Origin: Octopus sinensis
Lineage: Eukaryota
Reading direction: 5' to 3'
Assembly: GCF_006345805.1 (NCBI RefSeq)
Contig: NC_042999.1
Coordinates: forward strand, 94,922,001 to 94,986,000
Length of the DNA: 64,000 bases
Made by a program: the position numbers and the translations under genes. Positions 51,472 to 63,415 of the stretch are shown here, one piece after another. Position 1 is the first letter of the stretch. Each line of letters starts with the position of its first letter. Below the pieces are notes generated by a model that had not been told where the DNA came from, ran no database searches, and saw nothing but the letters and a program-made list of their open reading frames with translations.

Positions 51472-53039
51472 TTAGCAGTAATACCTGTCGTTGATCGGGT
51501 AATTTACTTTTACTGTTTCTCGGGCTGGGAAGCTGGAAAAATGCATATATCATGTAGAAGAATAGTTCTACGGAATCCAGTTGACTGCAATGACACTGAC
51601 AAGGCTGTAGGTCAAGTGGACCATGATTGTTCATATAGAAAAAGCATTGCACGTCGTGCGTTTGTTTGACGATCTTTTTTAAGTAAACATATTTTGATTA
51701 GGAATATCAGTAAGTAATAGTCAAATGAAATTACAAATGCTGTGTCCTGTCTGTGTTAGTGCTGAAATTCCGACAATATATTGCAGGAATGGAAGGCAAA
51801 TCAACAGTAAGTAATAGTCCAATGAAATTACAGATGCTGTGTCCTGTCAATCGGATTAAGGTTTACTCGTCCTGTACGTGTGTATTATATAAAAACATAT
51901 AATAAATGAAGTAGTAAAAAGATGGATCTCATATACGAATCTTTGTCCTTCAAGTAGCAATCCAGCAACTTTTAGTGTTTGGCCCTAACTTTTATTAATG
52001 GTCATATCAGAAGCAAAAAGCTAGACAAATAGGTATATCATATAGAAGAATATCTTTACGACATCCAGGTGATTGCGATGGTACTGAAAAGACTACAGGT
52101 CAAATGGAACATCCATTTGTCACTGTTCCTTTTGACGTTTGAATAGGCGGTATATCGTAAATGAAGCTAGAAGAATAGCTATATCATATAGAAGAATAGC
52201 TTTATGGAATCCAGGTGGCTGTGCAATGGCACTGAAAAGGCCACAGGTGAAGTGGAAGACACATTTGTCATGGTTTCTTTTGACATTTGAATTGGACCGT
52301 ATGTCCAAGGAGAATTGAAAGATTCAGTTTCGAATCTGAACAAGGGTGAGACTACGATTATAGATTTAGGTTTGTACGTGTTTCATCCTCGTTTTCTGCG
52401 GCACGTCGTTCGTTTGTTTGGTGTTCGTTTTTGACGGTCTTTTTTAAGTAGACATTTTTTGATAAGAAATATCAGTAAGTAATAATCAAATGATATTATA
52501 AATGCTGTGTCCTGTCTGTGTTAGTGCTGAAATTCCGACACCATGTTACAGGAATGGAAGGCAAGGCAACAATAAGTAATAGTCCAATAAGATTGCAGAT
52601 GCTGTGTCCTGCCAGTCAGATTTAGGTTTATTCTCCCTGTATGTGTGTATCATATAAGATAAAACATGTAATAATTGAAGTAGAAAAAAGAGAGATTTCA
52701 TATACGAACTTCTGTTTGTTCTTCAAGTTGTAATCCAGCAACTTTTAGTGTTTGACACTGACTTACTGACTTTTATTAATGCTCATGGCAAAAGAAAGTG
52801 GGATAGGAAACTGTAAAGGCTTAAATTTGAATGGGACATTACATGGTATAACTGGTATGCGGGGAATGAAGATGGTGTCACGTTTACCACAACCAGTGAG
52901 AATATTTGCCTCGATGCATTTCGTCATAGACGTGTGCACAATTAATGTTGCCTCCTTTAACCCATTTACTTTCACTTTATGGGACAAACAAAACACTAAC
53001 CGACAGAATCTCTGTTTTAGATATATCTATAGAGACAGA
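51472..53039 (-). mobile_element. Helitron derivative with a helicase remnant and internal duplications
   Basis: Minus-strand 3' end acccgatcaacgacaggtattactgCTAA|T (decayed hairpin plus CTRR); 5' end near A|TCTGTCTCTATAGATATATCTAAAACAGAGATTCTGTC; PIF1 fragment inside. Confidence 0.7.
52763..52975 (-). pseudogene. Helitron PIF1-like helicase fragment
   Basis: IEANILTGCGKRDTIFIPRIPVIPCNVPFKFKPLQFPIPLSFAMSINKSQ. Confidence 0.92.
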
Positions 53040-53214
53040 TGATTCATGCTATGCTTAGAAGCGCTGTACGTTACCAGAATTTCCAACTTAGACGACACTC
53101 CAAGTCCTTGTAATAGCATTCGTGTATATGGAGGAAGATTTAGGTATCTTGTACCGGTACTGAGTAGTATAATGCACATATAATAATCAAGTCAGACCAA
53201 GTAAAGATATGATG

Positions 53215-54400
53215 AATACATTTAATACGTACGTTTTAAAAGCTTTAATCTAACAATCTTATTTGAAAATGGAATTACCATTGTTAATTTTCTTGACGTA
53301 ACCTTAGACATAATTTCTCAATCATACCGCCACGGCCAAAGTCCAAACGAGACAATATATCCACAGATTCTCTAATCATCCAATTTCAGTTAGGAACAGG
53401 ATAATTAAGTATATCTATATTAGGGTCGATAATCTTTCCTTCAACCAAAAGATTTTCCAGAATGATGCAGAATATTACTATGACGCCCTAAAGCTAAATG
53501 ATTATGATCAAATAATGTCATGATAACACTAAACATAAGCAAGCTACTTGCACTAATAATCAGACGAGTTGAATTAACACACTAACTACGGACTCTTCCA
53601 AACTTAGTAATGGCTTTAAGGCAGCCCCTCAAGCACTAAGTACATCTGATGCATCTATTACACTACATACGTCTCGACATCGATTAGCTACCTATGCATG
53701 TAATTGTAGCTATGATTTAAGATCGAATAATAGGAAAACTAAACGACGAGAAAGTAGTGAACCTCTGAATGCCGAGCTTCCCATAACTATATCAAACCCT
53801 GAAGCCAGCCGAAAGCATAAAAACACCAGCAAAACCAAAACTGGTATAATAGTTTAATAAACTATATAGTTTAATAAAACTAAAACCTCTTTTCTGGAGA
53901 CCTTTTGTGATCTACAAGTAAAAAATTCCCCCATTCATCATAGGTACCACGGTAATTTTAACAGAAAAACTCTTCTACGATCACGAATTTATAAGTTATC
54001 ATAACTGAATATCATAAGTACAAACTAAAATATAATTCTAAATACCCACCCCTGTTAACCAATGTGAGAAAATTAAGCCCAAATCTTCAATCCAAAGGTC
54101 GCATTGAAATGGAAACTAAGACTGACCCATCCACTGCGCCTTCGGTCATAATTTCCCGGAACCGCTGACTTTGGTATTACCACACTCCCCATAACTTACC
54201 CAGACACTAACACCGAACATCTCACCACATCCCAACCAGGAACTATAGTTAAAGGAAACGCTATATTCTATCAACAAACCATGCACTCGAACACAAATAT
54301 AATTTCAAACCTGGAAAAAAGTGTCCCTTGAATGGCAGCTGCGCTCAAGTTAATGTGAGGTTTGAGTGATACATTTACCAAGGGAGTGTGTATGTTACCC
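53215..54400 (+). mobile_element. Decayed Penelope-like element (RT C-terminus and linker)
   Basis: VNFLDVTLD, DSLII/SNHP, RIIKYISIRVDNLS, AEYYYDALK, and a CP*MAA relic of CPLNG.C before GIY-YIG. Confidence 0.7.
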
Positions 54401-54425
54401 TTATGTTGATAATATTTATGCTTTT

Positions 54426-54636
54426 GTGAGCTGGCAGAAATGTTAGCACGCGGACAAAATGCTTAGCGGTATTTCGTCAGTCTTTACGTTCTGAGTTCAC
54501 TTTTATGCCGAGGACGACTTTGCTTTTCATTCTTTTGGGGTCGATAAATTAAGTACCAGTTGCGTATTGGGGTTGACCTAATCGACTGGCCCCCTACTCA
54601 AAAATTTCGGGCCTTGTGCCAAGAGTAGAAAAGAAT
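54426..54636 (+). mobile_element. SINE family A, full-length
   Basis: gtgagctggcagaaatgttagcacg...ttctgagttca...ggggtcgataaattaagtaccagttg...aaatttcgggccttgtgcc. Confidence 0.9.
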
Positions 54637-55359
54637 ATTTATGCATTTGCGTTTTTTTTTTTTAAGCTTTGGATCATTCTCCCATTTCCATTTTAATTCC
54701 TTATAATCTATATTGATATGCATATTTTTAATGACATTTTGCAGAAATAACGTTTTTGAAGTCTTTAATATCCTTGTTGTGGAGTTATTGTGACTTGATT
54801 GTGAAGATTTTAAAATTTTCCAGCGTTGATTTGCCTGTTAATTTCTTCCGTACAATTCTAGAATTCTTTAACGTCCTATATATTCCTAATATACTGTCCC
54901 ACTGCATCTGAGACAAATAGTGTGTGCTGTTAAGTTTTTAGGTGAGTGACCAAGCATCTAAAGTTTACGAATTGCTTCTCAACTGAAAATATTCTTCAAA
55001 ATGATAGTCTGCCTTTCAGATAACTCAATGTGAGACAGGTTCTTTTTAGCGTAGATCTGGTCAAGCTTACGGTGAGTAAAGAGACAAAATGTCTTTTCTA
55101 TCCAATGCTAGCAAGAGTATCTTAGGTGAAACTTACATACAATTTGAGATTTATTTCTTATTTTCCTGGTGCCTATGTTTTAAATAGAGATTAGGATGCA
55201 TATACACACACATATTTATATGCATATATATACATACACATGGACATATATAATAATTCATATACGTATATACACACATATACATTTATAAATATGTTGA
55301 TACATACACATACCACTTCAAAAAATGTTGACCTAACTTGATTGAAAATAAAAGCAATC

Positions 55360-56050
55360 CGAGAGCTGATAGAATGGTTAGAACATCGGAGAAGATACCT
55401 AGGGGAATGTGTTCCGTCCTTTTACATTCTGAGTTCAAATCGAGTCGAGATCAATTATTATTTTACTCCCTCCGGAGTCAATAAAATTAAAATTAATCAT
55501 CAGTCAAGTATTGGGGTTGATGTACTTGACTTCTCAAGAAAATTACTGACCTTGTGCCCCAATTAAAAATAAATTATTACTCTCTGTAAACTAATGTTAT
55601 TATAGAGGAAATCATAGATGTAGCGACGTACTAAAGGCCTTCTGTACTTAGTTCTGACTCATTGTTCTAGATTCAAATCCCGTCGAGATTAACTTTGTCT
55701 TGCACTTTGTCTTTGTCTTGTCATTAAAATAAGTATCAGTTAAGTACTAATCACACCAAATTGTGCGGGGTTTTGTCAATGTCAGAAATCAATAGCATTA
55801 GCTGTAAAAATGGTCTTTAACTTACAGAGTCGGTGGAGCGTTGGACTAAAACTTTGCCGTATTGATAGCCATATAATTCAAATGCTCTAATTTCAAATGC
55901 TGCCGAGATAATGTCGCGTTTTATCGTACCGGTGTCGATAGCGTAAAGTGCAGTCCAGTACGGGATTGATTCAATCATCACTAAACCCATTCTCAGCTTC
56001 CAAAATATGTGATCTTGGCTTTTGCCAGTATATAATTCAGATACTATAGT
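55360..56050 (+). mobile_element. Cluster of three degenerate SINE family A copies
   Basis: Repeated (g)ttcaaat...gtcgagat.aa blocks at about 55431, 55672 and 55892. Confidence 0.65.
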
Positions 56051-56622
56051 TTTCTCACATTCCACAAATATTTCTATTACACCAAAATTCTCAATACAAC
56101 ACACATTGCGCTAAATTTGAATACGAGTTATGTGAAAGCATCGATATAAATTTCTAATTGAACAAACATCATCATCGAATATTCGATCGCATCAATAATG
56201 TCATCTGCAATGTATCAGTCGACACAACGACATTCCTCTTTCTTTAATGTTTCGATCGAATTCATGTATACAACAGACATTACTTCATTTTCATTTGCCA
56301 TCTAGTCAGTAATGCAGTTTTGTATCATAAATTATTGACATAACTATTGACTCATCATCATTCAAATGTTGCATCCGTGCTGATGAAGCTGAATGATATG
56401 ATGTTACGAGGCACAGATTTATCTCTGAAGCATATAACATACATACTTCTCTCCCTCTCTCTCTCTCTATCTATCTATCTATCCATCTCTCTTCTATTTC
56501 CATTCATTCTCTCTCTTTTTAAATATGTGCGCGAGTGTGTAGAAGAATGAATGAATGCGTGTATGCCTCAACTTGTGTAGCTTATAATAGAAATACACGT
56601 GTGTATTATGTGAATATAACAA

Positions 56623-57474
56623 TCCTTTCTCCTAGAGAAACGAGGCTTGAAATTCTATAAAGGCGTGGATTTATCGATTACATCAACGCCAGTGTACAAC
56701 TGATAGTTACAGGATCGACTCTGAAAGAATGAAAGGCAAAGTCGACCTCGGTGGAATTTGAACTCAGAACGTAAAGACGAACGAAATGCCACAGAGTATT
56801 TTATTCGGTGTGCTAACGATTCTGCTAGCTCGCCGCTATGTGGATACACCGGAAAAGAGAAACTGACAGAAAGCATGAGATGTATATTCATTTCAATTTT
56901 GGCGCAAGATCACTAATTTCAGGGGAGAGGATAAGTGCTTTGCATCGATCCCAGTGCTCAACTGACACGTATTTTATTGATCCCCAAAGGATGAAAGGCG
57001 AAGTCGACCTCGGTGGAATTTGAACTAAAAACCTAAAGACTGACGTAATGCTGCTAAGAACTTCATCCGGCGTCCTAAAAGCTCTGTCAGTTCGCCGTCT
57101 ACAGGAGATAAATAGGATATTTACATACATACATACGTACATACATAACGTGTATATGTATGTAGATATCTATACACATTTACATACACATAAGCATATA
57201 ACTTCCGTCAAATGCAAGTATAACTGTAAAGAAATAGTCGCATTGGACAGCAAAGAAATACTGGTGTCAAATGTTGGCACAAGGCCTGCAATTTCGGAAA
57301 AGTGTTTAAGTCGATTACAGTAATTTTAATATTCAAATACTATTTATTTTATCGACACCGAAAGGATTAAAAGCAAAGTCGGCCTCGGCGGAATTTGAAC
57401 TCGGTACTTAAAGACGGACGAAATGCCGTTAAGCATTTTGTCCAGAGTACAAACGATTCTACTAGCTCGCCGCT
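56623..57474 (-). mobile_element. Three SINE family A copies in the same orientation (56623-56837, 56890-57097, 57270-57474)
   Basis: Each has aaag(g)c.aagtcg.cctcgg.ggaatttgaact and ends in ctcgccg or ttcgccg. Confidence 0.88.
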
Positions 57475-59724
57475 TTACAGCAAAGAAATATTGGTTTTTA
57501 ATTTTGACACAAGCCAAAAAACATTAAGTACATTGAAATATGGAATACCTGCAAACAGATTTTTCTGAAAAAATTATAAATTCACATTTATGCTCATTTA
57601 TGCTATATTAGCTGATGTCTCATTGGAAATCTCATTAAGAGTTTTCAAATAAACAGAGCTACTAGCTAATGTTTTTTTTATAAATGCCGTCTTTAAGCGA
57701 TACAATAAAAAATATTTAGGTCTAGTTCAACATGGAACACACCGTCTTATTACCAAAATTTCAGCGATTGGGTATTGTTTCTTTGCGAGAAACTAGCTCC
57801 TTCCTAAAATAAAGGAACAAACTATTGTTACTTTTGTTAATAAATGCAGTCAAAAGTGATCATTTATGTCGAATATTCAGTTAAATATGATAAAATAGAA
57901 ATATCGCGTAAGTATCACGAAATATGCTCAGAGATTAGTTTCTTTCGACATATACAGTACAGTTTCGTCTTTCAATAAAGTTAAAGGAAGCAACGCTACA
58001 AATAATACTGGTAAAAAGAAATGGCCTCTAGGTGATCGCGTATCATCCTAGAAATAACACTCTAATTTCCTTCATGTGCAACTTCACCATCCTTATGATT
58101 AAAAGCTGATGGTGTAGCTGCTATATTGTGTAAGAAAGCAAAAGTTAAGATGGTCATTCGAATGCACTTGTTCATTGTTACCTGATCAGGACTAGCATAC
58201 AACTAAACAACAACAATGATAATTTAATCTTTGAATCAACTTTAACTACAAATTTGTTCTAATTTGATTACAAGTTTACTCTTTGAATCTATAAATCTGA
58301 GACGTGTGTAAAAGATCAAGAACTATTCTAGAAAAAAAATTATATAGAAGTGTTAATTGCTCTTGGTTCAGAACTTTAACTGTCAGTATTATCTGTGGAT
58401 TAAAGCAATAAAGTCTATATGAGCTGACGTTATATATATATATTATAATGAAATATACATTAATGATAGATATGCATTATTAAAGTTGTTTAAGAAAATC
58501 CAGTTGTAGATACTTTTTAAATTGCTAAACAAACTGAGGCAATGTACACGTAACTGTTCTGGCCAAATACACAATGATTTGAGCTCACTCGTAGTTCAAC
58601 ATTCTATCAGCTGCATAGCAAATGTATGGCATCAAAAATAGACCGCTGAATAACATACTTTATTGTATATGGTTACTTTCCTTTATATTCTAATTTTAAA
58701 TTTGCCTAGGTTTTCTCTCTTACCTCTAAGGAAAGTGCTGTACTCGATATACTCGAATCTACCATTAAAGGCGGTGCTGTACTATGGCCAGATTCCAGTG
58801 AGTGGACCAGTAAAAGATAAAAGAAACCACATATAACGCAAGTAGCCTAATATAACATCCATTCAGCCATTTATTTCATCTTCACTACTCTATAAGGAAA
58901 AACGTTCTTTCGAAATACATTGTATTAAATTGCTGAAAGATGCCACCCTACTACTTAATGGAGGGAAACATTTAAACCACAGTTTATCATCATAATACAT
59001 TAGTGTTTCTTGACTTCGGTGCTTCAGGACATCTTCGTAATATGTAGGTTATACAAGTTGAGTAATTTAAATCGATGCATACATTCTTCTAAAGAAGTTT
59101 AGTGAGAATTTCAGCCGCAAAATGATAGGAATTTTTATACCGAGTAAGATATAGTGTGTGATTAAAATATGATGGACTGAACATTTTCATCATTTTCTTG
59201 AAAGAAAGTGAAGAAAAATCTATTCAGATCAGCATTCATGGAAGAAATAATAGTTGCTTCAATACATCAATGCGAAATTAATGCTGTAGGATTGACTATA
59301 TGATAACTTAAAGTCCGATTTCCTGTCAACGCGGAGACAGATGTTGTTGAAATATGAATAAGTGGACGCCAGTTTGAAATCAATGAACCAAGAATATATT
59401 ACATTGCATTATGAAGTATAAATAACCTATTTCCTACAGTTAGTAGTGTTATGTGGTTCAGGTAAATTTTGACTTTCAGCTTCTATCTGTTGGAAGCTCT
59501 TCACTTGTGCACTTTACTAAAGCAATGAATATTATTAACAGACAAATATAAATTATCAACACTTATGTCAAAAGATAAAATATATACGCTACAGAATATT
59601 TTGCTTCTTTGTTTTTCTTTTTGTGTTACTTTCGAAACATGAATACACAAGGAGCATTCGTCTATTCTTTTAAAAGAACATAAAATTAGATTAGCATAAA
59701 ATTAGAATAATTTCATAAATAATT

Positions 59725-60330
59725 CTTTCTTATTGCGGCACGCGGTTGGCAATTTTAAGGACGTTTGGTCGATATCAGCCCTAGTAAATTGCTTGTAATA
59801 TATATTTCATCAGTCCTGAAGAGAAGAGATGACCTCAGTAGGATTTCAATCCAGAACATAAATGAACAAAACCAAAAGTCTAACATTTCCAATGAATAAC
59901 GATTCTACCAATCCACCACCATACGCATAAAGACTGAAATTTTAGGGTATGGGTGAACCGATTACTTCGGCTGCAGTGATCAGCTGGTACTTATTTATCG
60001 ATCCCGAAAGTATGAAAGGCAAAGACGACCTCAGAACTAATAACTTATAGACAAACGAAATGCCGTTAATCGTGTTGTCCGATGTGTTAATGATTCGGCC
60101 AGCTCACCGCCATTACAGGTTCACTAATAGAAATCATGTCTCCAGTCTTTCCGCAAGGTCAGCACATTTTGAAAAAAAGAGGGTGATTTAGTCGATTAAG
60201 TCGTCTCCAGCACTTGGCTAGTACTTCAATTTATCGACCCCAGATGGATAAAATGCAATGTTAAATTCGGGTTGATTTGAATTCAGAACGTAAAGAGACG
60301 GAAACAAGTAATGCAATACATTTGCTCGAC
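59725..60330 (-). mobile_element. Three tandem degenerate SINE family A copies
   Basis: ctggtacttatttatcgatcccgaaagtatgaaaggcaaag...gccagctcaccgcc at 59985-60111, plus two older flanking copies. Confidence 0.75.
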
Positions 60331-60766
60331 GCTTGGGTAGGAAATAAATGTCAGTTAAATCTCAGTACCCGGAAGTAAAATGCTATAAAATGTGTTGAAA
60401 GCTGAAACTTCTTAAAGAATTTCGTGTAGTCGATACAGATTTGCTTTATATGTATGCGCGTATGCATCAACATATTTCAGTGTTCAGTCACATTTTCTTT
60501 ATACATTGGGAAAGAGTGTCCTTCAGTACAGTTTCCGATTCACCAATATATTACGACTAGGATTTCACTGAAAAATAACTGTGCAAGAATTAACCATATG
60601 TAGGTGATACACATACATTTATACATAATATCCACACACATATATATATATATATAATATATATATATATATATACATGTAGACATGACTATACATATAT
60701 ATACACATTAAATATGCAAATAGAGATGCATACACATGCATATATATATATATATATATATATATA

Positions 60767-62613
60767 CACTCTGTATTTAGAAAATGTATACACACATTGA
60801 ATGAAATGTATTTAAATCATCGGTGATTATTTAAATACATTTCATTTTCAAAATTTAAGAGAATCAACAGACAGAATTTAATCTTTCATGAACGCTTGCT
60901 TTCCAACTGATGTCCGTTCTGGTCCAGGCATTGCTTTTGATGCGAAACAATAAAATCACAAACAAGAAATATTTCAAACCCCGTTCTATGGCTACCATCA
61001 AGTGGTTGACTGTTGCCGGTTTTCTACCGTAAATTTTATCTTTTAAATATCCTTATATAAGCCTAGTACTTTGCGTTTCGGTGACCGGAGAACGTATTCT
61101 ACCGAACCACTTCTTCCAATCCACTTTTTTGACAATCAGGGAGTTCCGCACCTTACTTCGGTCCGGATCATTTTCGTTGAAAGCATCATCTGTTCTTGAA
61201 ATGTAGCTTTTCTAATGCTAGTATTACAATATGCGATGGACCCTTGATTTAAAAATTCGTATTTCATAACCCGCTTGCCTCACAGATTTTCTTGAAGTCT
61301 GGCAATATGTTTCTGGTACGCTGTCTTGCTTAGAGAGAATCGTCAATATCTGCGGTCTCCTGGAACTTTACTTGTTGGCATTCTGAAAAATACCATCGGC
61401 TCCAAACTTATCCTTAATTCAAGTGATGGTAAGTCACGTTGGTGGACCTGTTTTGAAACACCCTCTTTAACTGTCTTTGCACTTTCCCACTTCCAGTAGC
61501 CCTTTAGAACAGACTAGCACTATGACCCGGCAACGCCGGGTCATAGAGCTAGTTTTGTGTTTTGTTTGTTTTCGGAAATTGTGTTCGCCTTTCTATCGCA
61601 TATGTTTTTTGACGCGTTTGACTGAGCCTCTGCAGACTCTGAGCCCACCTAGAGGTGCAGCCGCACTGGGTAATTAATCATCGCAAATTTGGCAGCTTTG
61701 TTGAAGGTGAAGGAGGAGCATGTTAGAAAATCGATAAAGACCACCATGAAAGCAAACCTTCACCAACAAAATGAAATGAATAATCAGGGCTGACAAAGTT
61801 TTCAAATTCCCTAGCGAGCGGAAAAGTGTGACTGGAAATTAATTAGCATCTCAATTTTCACTCGTATCTCAAAACATAAAAGCATGAAATTTCGCTTAAG
61901 AAAATCTTTGTATCTTAGGTCATTCGTACCTCAAGTTAGGGCTAAAAGAAAAGGTTGCAGTCAATTTAAATGAGGAAAGTCGCACGGAAAAGTTTTATTG
62001 AGTTTCCACTGATTGATTGGCAATTTTGGTAAACTTGAATCAAATTAAGATTTCTTGCACCGAAAGGATCACCCTGATAACCCTATGCCCCTGCTGTGTA
62101 GGTAGCAAGTGACTCAATCTTAGGCTGAATGCAAATAAATAAAAGTTATTTTTATGAAAATCCCTTGGGGCGGGGGTCAACTTAACCATTTTTCATTTTT
62201 AATCCTACTTGAATGAAACATCCTGGGCTCCCGCTGGATAACTTAAATCAACCGAAAGCATAAATAGATTCATTGAATGGATAACTTGTGAGTATAAAGG
62301 GTCGGTTTATCGATTTTTTTAATGGCTTTCTGGGGTGACTGAGGAAATGTAAAGATCTTCACGACCACCCTGAGACAGTTTTGAATGCCCATAGAAAATG
62401 CGAGCCTTTTACGTGAAAAACTGGGGATTTGTATAAAGGACACACAGATACACAGACATTTTGCCGTTTATAGATATAAATTTTATTTGTTTATAGATAT
62501 AAGTTTTATTTGTTAGTCTCACTCTTTATCAATTTTAGTGAATTAAAGCTAAAAAAAATGAAAATTAAGTGAATCATCGACCATTAAATGTGTATACATT
62601 TTAAGAAACACCG
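60767..62613 (-). mobile_element. Tc1/mariner-superfamily relic (DUF4817-HTH type transposase), internally deleted and interrupted by a Helitron
   Basis: Imperfect TIRs sharing AAAATGTATACACA, both ends in TA runs; minus-strand relics VLKGYWKWE, FKTGPPT*LTIT*IKDKFGADG, SRKSVRQA, SRVHRIL, NENDPDR, WFGR, GYLKDKIY. Confidence 0.78.
61514..62480 (-). mobile_element. Non-autonomous Helitron-like element
   Basis: Minus-strand 3' GC-rich hairpin ending CTAG|T (61514-61552); 5' end TATATCTATAAACGGCAAAATGTCTGTGT resembling the 5' end of the 51472-53039 Helitron; no ORF. Confidence 0.72.
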
Positions 62614-62696
62614 TATATATATATATATATATATTCAAATTATGATGATCGTAAACAAACAAACGAAGATTGCGTTAGAAACGTTGAGATATCTTA

Positions 62697-62969
62697 TATA
62701 AGAATTATAGGAATGGAGTAGATAAAATCCGGGTTACACATGTTTCATAGCGAGCGGAACCTCGGAAGTGGTAATTATCCAAGCGAGATGATCGAATCAC
62801 CGTGTGTTAACATATACCACCTTGTAAAGTTCATTTAATCAAGATACCCTTGACCTTACAAGTAGCTTGCGGTATACACCTCGCTTCGATATATACCATT
62901 TTCGAGGTTCCGCTTGCTATGAAACATATGTAGCCCGGATCTTATCTACTCTCTTCCTTAACTCTTGTA
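62697..62969. mobile_element. Fold-back MITE-like element
   Basis: About 90 bp imperfect inverted arms (gagtagataaaatccgggttacacatgtttcatagcgagcggaacctcg.. / ..cgaggttccgcttgctatgaaacatatgtagcccggatcttatctactc), TA at the ends. Confidence 0.8.
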
Positions 62970-63173
62970 TCGTTATTATTCGCATGTCGTGGTTGCCAAC
63001 CCTGGTTACCTAACGTGAAATATAAAATATTGCCTTTTTAGTTTATCGTACATCGATATGAAAAATCCTCAGCTTTCCGCCTCCATAAACTAAATTTGTG
63101 ACTGAAAGTTATTTTTTATATTTACTACGGTTTGCTTGAAGCTAACATTCTTCCTACACCCCTATATTAGAAT

Positions 63174-63230
<57 letters not shown>

Positions 63231-63239
63231 ATATATATA

Positions 63240-63415
63240 GTTAATCCAAACATGAAAACACAACAACGCGAGGACGTGGAACAAGTATAGTGTTATTGGA
63301 TACTCAGGAAAGGAAGGAAGGAAAGAAGGATTTAACGTTTCGAGCGGAGCTCTTCAGAAACATAGGAAAAGGAAAAATCCAGGGAAGGGAAGACGGAGGG
63401 AAAAAATCGCCAACA
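63240..63415 (-). mobile_element. Short PLE-terminus-like element carrying a hammerhead motif
   Basis: Closely similar to 28660-28866 (gttaatccaaaca...acaacaacgcgaggacgtggaacaa...); flanked by (TA)n. Confidence 0.72.
63330..63361 (-). ncRNA. Minimal hammerhead ribozyme-like motif
   Basis: Reverse complement GUUU-CUGAAGA-GCUCCGCUC-GAA-ACGU-U-AAAU: CUGANGA and GAAA cores, palindromic ACGU helix III, short helix I. Confidence 0.55.
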
